Shown here one piece after another: positions 9,688 through 17,950 of a stretch of DNA of 37,496 bases (its first letter is position 1; each line of letters opens with the position of its first letter). Made by a program: the position numbers and the translations under genes. Origin of the DNA: Deltaproteobacteria bacterium (lineage in GTDB: Bacteria; SAR324; NAC60-12); NCBI GenBank assembly GCA_038150265.1, contig JAYOTF010000012.1, positions 45,254-82,749 on the forward strand, read 5' to 3'. Under the pieces are notes generated by a model. That model saw only the letters and a program-made list of their open reading frames with translations. It did no database searches and was not told the origin of the DNA.

Positions 9688-10569
9688 TCAGGAAATGCCA
9701 GAAGCGTTCCCGTCCAGCGTCTGCAACACGTGATAAAGTTCAGGACGTCGATCCCGGAAGAGCCCCCATGCCTGCCGCATCTGCTGGATGGCTTCCAGGT
9801 CAAACGTCTCCAAAAGCAGGGCCGCTTCAGACCGTCCAGCCTGCTGGAGGCGTTCTCCCATGGGCCCCGCAATGAACGAGGAGCCATAAAACGTCAGCTC
9901 GCAGGAGGCTCCCACCTCCACGCCCACTCGGTTGGAGGCGACCACAGGCACCAGGTTCGCCGCCGCGTGTCCCTGCATGACCCGTTGCCAGTGCGCCGCA
10001 GAATCCCACTCCGGCGCCTGAGGCTCAGAACCAATTGCAGTCGGGTAGAAGAGCAACTCGGCTCCCTGCAGGACCATCGCCCGTGCAGCTTCCGGAAACC
10101 ACTGATCCCAGCAAATGCCCACTCCAATGGTCGCATAACGCGTGGACCAGACCCGGAATCCGGTGTCTCCGGGGGAGAAGTAGTACTTTTCCTGATATCC
10201 TGGACCATCCGGAATGTGGGACTTGCGGTAAAGCCCCAGGTCCTTCCCATCGGCATCGAACACGACGAGGGAGTTGAAAAAGGCGGGGCCCGACCGCTCA
10301 AAGAAGCTGATCGGCAGCACCACCTTCAGCTCAGCGGCCAGTGCAGAAAAGTGCTGAAGCAGCTCGCTCTCTTCCCGAGTCTGTGCCCACTGAAAGTACG
10401 CCGGATCCTGATCCTTGCAGAAGTACGGGCCCTCAAACAGCTCCTGAAGCAAGATGACCTGTGCCCCCTCCTGCGCCGCCTGCCGGACCAGTGCCTCGGC
10501 CTGCTTCCAGTTTTCCTGAAAGTCCGGACCGCACGCAAACTGGGTGGCTGCCACCGTTACCTGGCTCAT
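9688..10569 (-). CDS. aguB: N-carbamoylputrescine amidase (nitrilase superfamily)
   Basis: LLQELF, YRKSHIPDGPGYQEKYYFSPGDTGF, GICWDQWFPEAARAM, YPTAIGSEP, WQRVMQGHAAAN; Glu-Lys-Cys triad present. Confidence 0.93.
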   Translation of the reverse strand: MSQVTVAATQFACGPDFQENWKQAEALVRQAAQEGAQVILLQELFEGPYFCKDQDPAYFQWAQTREESELLQHFSALAAELKVVLPISFFERSGPAFFNSLVVFDADGKDLGLYRKSHIPDGPGYQEKYYFSPGDTGFRVWSTRYATIGVGICWDQWFPEAARAMVLQGAELLFYPTAIGSEPQAPEWDSAAHWQRVMQGHAAANLVPVVASNRVGVEVGASCELTFYGSSFIAGPMGERLQQAGRSEAALLLETFDLEAIQQMRQAWGLFRDRRPELYHVLQTLDGNASGIS

Positions 10570-10773
10570 CGGCTCCCCCTGTCAGAAAATTCAAGATTCC
10601 ACGGTTGGTCCTCTCGGCAGAATAGAGCCTTCCCCGGAACTTGCAACCCGGGAACACGTCTTACAGAACGCAACATCTTCCAGATTGACTTCATCCGGAC
10701 TTCCTCCGACCCTGTTGAGTTAGTTCCGCCACACGACAAGTGCCTCTGTTTCATTCCATACACAGGTTTTCTC

Positions 10774-11232
10774 ATGAATGCCCTCGGTCGATTCCTGCTT
10801 CCCGCGTTTCTCATCAGCCTCCTCCTCGTCAGCCTCTCGTCCTCTGCCAGCGCTCAGGAGTACACGGAAGCAGACCTCCGCCGCGTCTTCCAGACCTACA
10901 GCAGCAACGAAATCCGCTTCAAGCGCGACATCAAGACCAAGCGGATTGTCGTCAACGGCACCTTCGAGACCGTCAAGGAAGGGGCCATGGGCTGGGTGGT
11001 TTCCGTCTCGCACCGAGGCTTCTTCGTGATGTGCTCCATGAGCGAAGAGAAGGCCCTCAAGATGGCCGAGCTGGATCCGGGAGACCGCATCAAGATCAGC
11101 GGCAGCATCCTCTCGGTCGATCCGCCCAAGCTCACGGTTCAGCTCTACGGCGAAGGCTGCGACCTCCTGGAGATGGAAAAGCTCATCTACCGTCCGGACT
11201 ACCAGGGAGAGCGCATCATTCAGGTGAAGTGA
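10774..11232 (+). CDS. Exported hypothetical protein, probable OB-fold (tRNA_anti-like)
   Basis: The ATG at 10774 gives a clear signal peptide (MNALGRFLLPAFLISLLLVSLSSSASA). The pattern YSSNE....K.I.V.G...L.PGD.I.I.G resembles exported OB folds. Its stop overlaps the moaB start (TGATG). Confidence 0.65.
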   Translation: MNALGRFLLPAFLISLLLVSLSSSASAQEYTEADLRRVFQTYSSNEIRFKRDIKTKRIVVNGTFETVKEGAMGWVVSVSHRGFFVMCSMSEEKALKMAELDPGDRIKISGSILSVDPPKLTVQLYGEGCDLLEMEKLIYRPDYQGERIIQVK

Positions 11233-11750
11233 TGGCTGAAAAGGAATTCCTCCCGCTGCCCATCGCCGTCCTGACCGTCTCGGACACCCGCACTGAAGAG
11301 ACGGACACCTCCGGAAAATTGCTCGTTGAGCGTCTCACCGAAGCGGGGCACCACCTGGCTGAAAAGCGCATCGTTCCCGATGACGTCTATCAGATCCGGG
11401 CTGTGGTCTCGCAGTGGATTGCCGATGCGTCGGTGGGCATCGTCCTCACCACCGGCGGCACGGGCCTGACCGGACGAGACGGCACTCCCGAAGCCCTGAA
11501 GCCCCTCTTTGACAAGGAAATCGAGGGCTTCGGCGAGCTGTTCCGGTGGCTGTCGTTTGACGAGATCCGGACCTCCACCGTCCAGTCCCGCGCTGTCGCA
11601 GGTGTGGCCAACGGCACCTACCTCTTTGCGCTTCCGGGCTCCTCTGGCGCCTGCCGACTTGCCTGGGACCGCATCCTTCAGGACCAGCTCGACCTGCGTC
11701 ACCGGCCCTGCAACTTCGCCGAACTCATTCCCCGCCTCCTTGAGACCTAG
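11232..11750 (+). CDS. moaB: Molybdenum cofactor biosynthesis protein B
   Basis: IAVLTVSDTR, DTSG, LTTGGTGLTGRDGTPEA, IEGFGELFR, QSRAVAG, LPGSSGAC and the C-terminal RHRPCNF typical of MoaB. Confidence 0.95.
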   Translation: MAEKEFLPLPIAVLTVSDTRTEETDTSGKLLVERLTEAGHHLAEKRIVPDDVYQIRAVVSQWIADASVGIVLTTGGTGLTGRDGTPEALKPLFDKEIEGFGELFRWLSFDEIRTSTVQSRAVAGVANGTYLFALPGSSGACRLAWDRILQDQLDLRHRPCNFAELIPRLLET

Positions 11751-11756
11751 CGGCTC

Positions 11757-13004
11757 CTAAGGCTGAAGCAGCGGGGCATCGGCCCCCTCTGGAAGCCGGC
11801 GCTGCAGCAGCGGTTTCAGCCGGTCCAGGGTCGGCAGCTCTCGGAAGAGAAATCCGGAGTGTGCAAAGTACGCAGACTGCTCAACAGCGCCAGCCACCTC
11901 CTCATCCTTCAGCAGACTCCGCATCACCCCCAGCAGCAACGGCGGTTGCGGCGACCGCCTCAGCTGGGCTAAGCGGTCCTTCAGGGGTCCAGCATGCCAG
12001 GGGTGAAACAGCTCCAGAAAGACCTGCACGCCGCTCGTGTGCGTCAGCTCATAATCGGGAAAGCAGTGAACCTCTCCGCCCAGGATGAGGAAGTCACCTC
12101 CGGGGGCAATCGTCCACTCGGGAAGCTTCTGGGCCAGCAACTGCTGAAGCCGCGTCAGCTCTTCCGGAACATACGCCAGGAAGCGTCGGTTGACCGGCTG
12201 GAGCCCACAGCCCTCATCCAGCTTCAGCAGCTCCGGACGGTTCTTGCGGACCTGCACCAGGGCCTCGCAGGACCAGTGCGGCTGGTGGAGCAGGGCCGGA
12301 AAGAAACTGGCCAGGTTGAGGCCATACTTCTGAGACTGCGCGTAGAGGCTCATGGGCCCCTCCACCACCATCCGGAAGGTGCCCGAGTCCTCACGTTGCC
12401 ACTGAGCGAGCAGCTGATGAAAGCGGAGGTACTTCAGCACCTGCCGCAATTCCGCGGGACGGGGGTTCCGGAGGGTCACCTCCAGCCGGTCGCAGTAGAG
12501 CAGCAGCGACTGCACCAGCGAGAGGTTGTAGCGCCGAAGCAGGCCCTCGGCAGAAAGCGTCCGGAAGCCAAGCAGCCGATGATACGGAGGCAAATCGCCA
12601 TACAGCCGGTTCATCAGCCGGTCCGGGGGCTCACCCAACTCCGGTTGCAGCCGCTCTCGGAAGGCCGCTGGCGTCTCCGGAAGCCCCTTCTTGAGGTGCT
12701 GGGCACTCGCGGCAAACACCCGAGCCCGCAGCTCGGTCAGGTCCTCGGCTTCTCCAGAATCAAACTCTGAGCGGTCCTGCAGCAGCTTGTCCAGCCCCTT
12801 GGCCAGCTGCGCCTCTCCAGCAAAGGCGTCGAGTTCCTGCTGAACCTGCTCCTGGAGGTGTTCGCGGGTGGCCCCCACGCCAGACTCGTACTGCCCCACC
12901 AGCGCCCGCGCCAGTGCCAGCAGGTCCGGATCGTCCACGGCAATGAAGCGAGGCCGCACCTGCCCCTTGACGGAGCGGAAGCGCAGGAGGTCCTTCGTCA
13001 GCAT
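11757..13004 (-). CDS. DUF790 family (Bax1-like) predicted endonuclease
   Basis: MLTKDLLR start, LYGDL, RYNLSLVQSLLL, KYLRFHQLL, GPMSLYAQSQKYGLNLA; C-terminal FPDY...VFLELF..W restriction-like segment. Confidence 0.8.
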   Translation of the reverse strand: MLTKDLLRFRSVKGQVRPRFIAVDDPDLLALARALVGQYESGVGATREHLQEQVQQELDAFAGEAQLAKGLDKLLQDRSEFDSGEAEDLTELRARVFAASAQHLKKGLPETPAAFRERLQPELGEPPDRLMNRLYGDLPPYHRLLGFRTLSAEGLLRRYNLSLVQSLLLYCDRLEVTLRNPRPAELRQVLKYLRFHQLLAQWQREDSGTFRMVVEGPMSLYAQSQKYGLNLASFFPALLHQPHWSCEALVQVRKNRPELLKLDEGCGLQPVNRRFLAYVPEELTRLQQLLAQKLPEWTIAPGGDFLILGGEVHCFPDYELTHTSGVQVFLELFHPWHAGPLKDRLAQLRRSPQPPLLLGVMRSLLKDEEVAGAVEQSAYFAHSGFLFRELPTLDRLKPLLQRRLPEGADAPLLQP

Positions 13005-13019
13005 CTGCGACGGCCTCCG

Positions 13020-13730
13020 TTAGTCCCAAAACTGAACACACTGCTCCACGGACATGCGCTCGGTGACCAGTTGGTTTTCAACCTTGCTCCGGTCTTCATA
13101 CCCCAGTGACATGCCACACACCACCATCTGCTCATCAGGAAGGCCCAGGACCGCTTCAATGAGGCGGTGATACTGCGTGAAGGCTGCTTGCGGACACGTA
13201 TCCAACCCTCGCCCCCGCGCCGCGACCATGATGTTTTGCAGAAACATTCCGTAGTCCAGCCAACTGCCCTGGCGCATCACCCGCTCAATCGTGAAGATCA
13301 GTCCCACTGGCGCATCAAAGAACTGGTAGTTCCGGGCATGCTGCGCCCGCATGCGGTCCTTGTCGCCCTTGCCAATGCCAAGCAGCCCATAGAGGTCATA
13401 GCCCACCTTGCGGCGCCGGCTCAAGTAAGGCTCCCGCCACTCCTGAGGGTAGTAGTCATATTCCTCGGTGTGCTGCCGGTTCGCCTCGTCATCCCAGTAC
13501 ACTTCCAAAATCGCCTCCGAAAGCCGCTGCTTGGTGGCGCCGGTCAGCACATGAATCTGCCAGGGCTGCGTGTTGGTTCCGGAAGGCGCCCGCAGGGCCA
13601 CCTCCAGCAACTCGCGGATCACCGTTTCCGGGACAGGATCCGGGAGAAAGGCGCGGACGGAGCGACGGCTCCGGATGGCGTCATCAACGGCCTGGGTGAC
13701 TTCTTTTTGAATTTGAGTAGCGTTATTCAT
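13020..13730 (-). CDS. Nitroreductase family protein
   Basis: IRSRRSVRAF, RAPSGTNTQPW, FFDAPVGL, DYGMFLQNIMVAARGRGLDTCPQ, GMSLGY. The ATG at 13730 is preferred over the upstream extension to 13832. Confidence 0.92.
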   Translation of the reverse strand: MNNATQIQKEVTQAVDDAIRSRRSVRAFLPDPVPETVIRELLEVALRAPSGTNTQPWQIHVLTGATKQRLSEAILEVYWDDEANRQHTEEYDYYPQEWREPYLSRRRKVGYDLYGLLGIGKGDKDRMRAQHARNYQFFDAPVGLIFTIERVMRQGSWLDYGMFLQNIMVAARGRGLDTCPQAAFTQYHRLIEAVLGLPDEQMVVCGMSLGYEDRSKVENQLVTERMSVEQCVQFWD

Positions 13731-13926
13731 AAAACGAAACGGCGGATGGGTGAGAGGTGAGTCCGATGGCGTGGGCCCACTCCCGGAACGCGGGAGCGCA
13801 GGGGCTTGCATCAGGAACAGCGCCCGCCCCAACCTGTGGGCTCCGGCTTCCGGACGCGAACAGGCCCCGGCAAAGGCGGCCCCCGAAGCAAACGGGTGGG
13901 GACGAGGTCAGGCAGCCCTCCGCAGC

Positions 13927-14937
13927 TCAGACTGGCCGGAGGTCGACCAGCCGGTGCGTGATGGCAAAGCGGACGAGCATGGGCATGTCGTGGATCTGCA
14001 GCTTCACCATCATGTTCTGCCGATGCGCCTCCACCGTCCGGGGGCTGATGCTGAGGTCGTAGGCAATTTCCTTGGTGCTGGAGCCATTGACCATGAGCTG
14101 CAGAATCTCCAGCTCTCGAGGCGTCAGCAGCTGCGTCAGCGCCGTCCGGGCTTCGCTGAGCTGCAGTTCGGTTTGCTTGCGAGGCGAGATGTTCCGAAGC
14201 ACCAGCACGGCGCCAACGACTTCTTCACGGTCATTGAGGAGCGGGGCGGCTCCGGCATCGAGGGCCACATACTCGCCACTTCGGGTGATCAGCACCGGCT
14301 CCTCTTCCACCAGGCACTGAACCGAGCGTCCCTGGAGCGCCTCGTCCACGAGGTCCAGCAGGCAGCCTTCGTCATTGCCTTCCTGCAGCGGAAAGACCTC
14401 CGGGAGCGTCTTGCCGACGCCTTCGGACTCTGGCCAGCCCGAGAGCTTCTCTGCCTGCGGGCTCAGGGACGTGATCTGCCCCTGCTGATCGACCGTTGCC
14501 ACCGAGTCGCCGATGCTCTTGAGCAGGGTGTCCAGCCAGCGTTCGTTTTCCCGGAGGCGCTGCTCCATGCGGTGCTTGTAGAGGCTGATCTCCAGGGCCG
14601 AGTGCAGCTCCCGCTCCTTGTAGGGCTTCACGAGGTAGGCAAAGGGCTCCGTAATCTTGGCGCGCTCCAGGGTTTTCGGATCGGAGTAAGCGGTGAGGTA
14701 CACCACGGGCAACCGGTACTGGTCCATGATCTGCTGGGCCGTGGCAATGCCGTCCAGCTCCCCTGCCAGCATGATGTCCATCATCACCAAATCCGGACGC
14801 TCCTGCGCCACCAGCTCCAGCGCCCGCTCGCCACTTGAGGCCATCCCGCAGATGGAGTAGCCCAGGGTTTCCAGTTGGTCATGAAGACTCTCGGCAACAA
14901 TCGCTTCATCTTCAACAATCAGGATTCGTTCATTCAT
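13927..14937 (-). CDS. Response regulator: REC + PAS + LuxR-type HTH
   Basis: ILIVEDE, DLVMMDI and YLVKPY (REC); central PAS; LTPRELEILQLMVNGSSTKEIAYDLSISPRTVEAHRQNMMVKL (LuxR HTH). Confidence 0.92.
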   Translation of the reverse strand: MNERILIVEDEAIVAESLHDQLETLGYSICGMASSGERALELVAQERPDLVMMDIMLAGELDGIATAQQIMDQYRLPVVYLTAYSDPKTLERAKITEPFAYLVKPYKERELHSALEISLYKHRMEQRLRENERWLDTLLKSIGDSVATVDQQGQITSLSPQAEKLSGWPESEGVGKTLPEVFPLQEGNDEGCLLDLVDEALQGRSVQCLVEEEPVLITRSGEYVALDAGAAPLLNDREEVVGAVLVLRNISPRKQTELQLSEARTALTQLLTPRELEILQLMVNGSSTKEIAYDLSISPRTVEAHRQNMMVKLQIHDMPMLVRFAITHRLVDLRPV

Positions 14938-16397
14938 GCTGATTTCAAAGGTGAGGTTTTTCCAGGGATGTGAAACTCGTAACAGGTGCCTTCATGTGAG
15001 GAAACCACCAGCTCTCCTTGCAGCTGCCCGTTGAGGACCCGGACCAGGCGGAGCCCCAGGCTTTTGGTGGTCTGCCAGGTCACGTCTTCCGGAAGCCCCT
15101 GCCCATCGTCCCAGATCCGGAGGATGAGGGTCGACTGGTCTCCCGCCCACTCGCGCTTGAGGTGAATGCCAATGATCCCTGAGGTCCGGTCTTCTGGAAA
15201 CGCATGCTTGAGCGCATTGCTGACCAGTTCATTGAGGATTAAGGCGCAGGGAATCGCTGTATCAATATCCAACCCCACGGGCTCCAAGTCAAACTGAGTT
15301 TGCACCCGGACGGCGCCCGTGAGGTAGGACTGCATGATGTCCACCGTCAGCTCCCGGATGTACTGATCGAACGGAACCTGCACCAGCCCCTCCGACTGGT
15401 AGATCTTTTCATGGATGAGGGCCATGGACTGAATGCGGTGCTGGCTGTCTTTCAGAACAGCCAGGAGGTGCTCGTCGGAGGTGTCGCGCGACTGCAGGGT
15501 GAAGAGGCTGGAGATGACCTGCAGGTTGTTCTTCACTCGGTGGTGGATCTCTCGCAGCAGCACATCCTTTTCTGCAAGCGACTCCCGGAGCTGCCGCTCC
15601 ATCTGCTTGCGCTCCGTGATGTCTCGCAAGATGGCGGTGTAGATCTTTTCTCCGTTGACCTCAAGCTGCGAGATGTTCGCCTCAGCATCAAACTCGCTCC
15701 CGTCCTTGCGACGTCCGTAGATTTCCGAGCGATCGGCCATGCAGCGCGAGTGCTGATCGGAGCGCCCAAATGCGTCAATGTGCTGGTGATGCCCCTCCCA
15801 GTAGCGACGCGGCAGGAGCGTGGTCAGGGGCTGCCCAATGACTTCCGAAGCCGTGTAGCCAAAGATCTGCTCGGCGCCGTGGTTGTAGAGGATGATGTTC
15901 TGGTCGGAGTCAATGGAAATGACGGCATCTTCCGCCGTGTCGAGAATGCCGGAAAGCCGCCGCTGCGACACCCGAAGCTCCTCCGTCTGCTGCTCCACCA
16001 TCTCCTCCAGGTTGGCCCGGTAGCTCCACAGCTCGGCCTCAGCCTGCCGCAGCTCCGTGATGTCCAGTGCCGTCACCACCAGCCGCACCGGGCGGTCTTC
16101 CGAGGAGAAGCGCGTGAGGGTAAACGAGACCCGCCGGAGCTGTCCGGACTTGATGCGCCAGACGTGCTCGTGGGTGGTCCGGTATGGGGGAACCTGCACC
16201 TCTTCCAGGAACTGCGAGACCAGCTCCTGCTCCGAGGGGTGGAAGAAGATTTCCCAGATGGACTGCCCCAGCAGCTCCTCGGCCTTAAACCCCGTGGCTT
16301 CGCGACAGGCTCGGTTGGCGGCCAGGATCTCCCCATCCAGGGTCAGCACCATCAGGATCGCGTCAACCGCGTCATAAACTTCGGTAGGGTACTTCAT
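14934..16397 (-). CDS. Cytoplasmic PAS-PAS sensor histidine kinase, HisKA_2 family
   Basis: Two PAS domains, H-box REIHHRVKNNLQVISSL, NELVSNALKHAF, DDGQGLP and SLGLRLV. No transmembrane segment. Its stop overlaps the regulator start (ATGA). Confidence 0.92.
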   Translation of the reverse strand: MKYPTEVYDAVDAILMVLTLDGEILAANRACREATGFKAEELLGQSIWEIFFHPSEQELVSQFLEEVQVPPYRTTHEHVWRIKSGQLRRVSFTLTRFSSEDRPVRLVVTALDITELRQAEAELWSYRANLEEMVEQQTEELRVSQRRLSGILDTAEDAVISIDSDQNIILYNHGAEQIFGYTASEVIGQPLTTLLPRRYWEGHHQHIDAFGRSDQHSRCMADRSEIYGRRKDGSEFDAEANISQLEVNGEKIYTAILRDITERKQMERQLRESLAEKDVLLREIHHRVKNNLQVISSLFTLQSRDTSDEHLLAVLKDSQHRIQSMALIHEKIYQSEGLVQVPFDQYIRELTVDIMQSYLTGAVRVQTQFDLEPVGLDIDTAIPCALILNELVSNALKHAFPEDRTSGIIGIHLKREWAGDQSTLILRIWDDGQGLPEDVTWQTTKSLGLRLVRVLNGQLQGELVVSSHEGTCYEFHIPGKTSPLKSA

Positions 16398-16428
16398 TTC
16401 CTTTCAAGACAAGGGACGTGGGGAACCT

Positions 16429-17799
16429 TCAAGCGACTCCCAGTTGCTCTGCGGTATCAGACAGCGCCAGCTCAAAGCGTTGGAGGATTTCCTGAATCTG
16501 TTCGGCTTCAATGATCAACGGGGGGCAAAACGCCACCGCGTCTCCCGGAAGGGCCCGCAGGATCAAGCCATGCTTCTGCGCATGGGCCACCAGCGTGGCC
16601 GCCACCTTCTGCGCCGGATCGTACTGCTCCTTGGTGGCGCGGTCCTTCACCAACTCAATGGCTCCAATCAGGCCCCGCCCCCGGACTTCGCCCACCAGCG
16701 GATGATCGGCAAAGGCCCGGAGGCCCGTTTGCAGCACCGGCTCCAGCTCCTGCACCCGTCCCACGAGGTTGCGCTCCTCATAAATCTTGAGCGTCTCCAG
16801 GGCAACCGCGGCTGGAGTCGGGTGCCCCGAGTAGGTGTAGCCGTGCCCAAACAGGCCCAGCTTGCCACTGGCATCCCGCAGCACGTCATAAACGTGATCG
16901 GAGATGAGCAATCCGGAGATCGGTTGGTAGCCCGAGGAAAGCTGCTTGGCCACGACCATCATGTCGGGCTCAATCTGGTAGGTCTGAGAGCCAAACATCT
17001 GTCCGGTACGCCCGAAGCCACAGATGACCTCATCGGCAATCAAGAGGACGTCGTGCTTCTTCAGCACCGGCTGGATGTGCTGGAAGTACGTCTCCGGCGG
17101 AAGGATCACACCTCCTGCCCCCTGAATGGGCTCGGCAATGAAGGCCGCAACAGTGTCCGGACCTTCCTGCTGAATCAGCTGGTCCAGGTTCTGGGCCAGG
17201 CGCGCCGCAAAGGCGTCATCGGTCTCCCCCGGCTGGGCCGCCCGGTAGGCGTGGGGACAGTCGGTGTGCAGAAAGCGCGCAGCCGGAAGGTCGAAGCCGT
17301 TTTGCGCATACGCCAGCCCCGTCATGGAACCGGAGACCACCGTGACCCCGTGGTACCCGCGTTGCCGGGAGATGATCTTCTTCTTTTCCGGGCGTCCCAG
17401 CTGGTTGTTGTAGTACCAGGCAACCTTGACGGCTGTGTCGTTGGACTCCGATCCCGAATTCGCAAACACCACCTTCCCCAAAGGCGCGGGAGCCAGGTCG
17501 ATCAGCCGCTCCGCCAGTTCCACCGTGACCCGGGGGAGCTTGCCCGTGAAGCTGTGGTAGTAGGGCAACTCGTCCATCTGCCGGCGCGCGGCTTCCACCA
17601 ACCGGGGCTCACTCCACCCCAACGACACACACCACAATCCGGACATGCCCTCCAGGTACTCGCGTCCAGACTCATCGTAAACGTACACGCCCTTTCCCCG
17701 GGCAATCACCAGATGCTCCTGCTGGTCCTTCGCCAGGAGGTTGGTGAACGGATTCAGGTAATAGCGCCGGTCGCGCTCAAGAGAAGTGAGTTGGGACAT
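16429..17799 (-). CDS. Class III (omega) aminotransferase, putrescine/omega-amino acid:pyruvate type
   Basis: SGLWCVSLG, NSGSESND, RQRGYHG, FIAEPIQGAGG, IADEVICGFGRTG, VAKQLSSGY, HGYTYSGHP. GGAGAG RBS before the ATG at 17799. Confidence 0.9.
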   Translation of the reverse strand: MSQLTSLERDRRYYLNPFTNLLAKDQQEHLVIARGKGVYVYDESGREYLEGMSGLWCVSLGWSEPRLVEAARRQMDELPYYHSFTGKLPRVTVELAERLIDLAPAPLGKVVFANSGSESNDTAVKVAWYYNNQLGRPEKKKIISRQRGYHGVTVVSGSMTGLAYAQNGFDLPAARFLHTDCPHAYRAAQPGETDDAFAARLAQNLDQLIQQEGPDTVAAFIAEPIQGAGGVILPPETYFQHIQPVLKKHDVLLIADEVICGFGRTGQMFGSQTYQIEPDMMVVAKQLSSGYQPISGLLISDHVYDVLRDASGKLGLFGHGYTYSGHPTPAAVALETLKIYEERNLVGRVQELEPVLQTGLRAFADHPLVGEVRGRGLIGAIELVKDRATKEQYDPAQKVAATLVAHAQKHGLILRALPGDAVAFCPPLIIEAEQIQEILQRFELALSDTAEQLGVA

Positions 17800-17857
17800 G
17801 TTCGACTCTCCGGTTGGCAGCAAAACTGATAGGGGTTTCCGTATTTGGAAAGGCTGA

Positions 17858-17886
17858 ATCCTAGCCTCCTGACTCGCTAACTGCAA
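17858..17886 (-). promoter_or_regulatory. Candidate sigma70 promoter for the aminotransferase
   Basis: Minus-strand TTGCAG (17886-17881), 17-nt spacer, TAGGAT (17863-17858), with an AT-rich tract just upstream. Confidence 0.45.
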
Positions 17887-17950
17887 ATAATTATTGAGGC
17901 TGTAAAAAAAATAACTTTCTCACCTTCTGTCGTTTTTCGCGTCCGGATGC

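Noticed and set aside
9730..10773. 5' part of the 500-aa ORF 9730-11232 and the N-terminal extension of ORF 10740-11750
   Set aside because: The first is antisense to aguB and the real gene starts at 10774 with a signal peptide. moaB starts at 11232.
13731..13926. GC-rich intergenic stretch considered as an ncRNA (SRP-like) or as a nitroreductase N-terminal extension
   Set aside because: It lacks SRP or riboswitch consensus motifs, and the extension is low-complexity and outside the domain.
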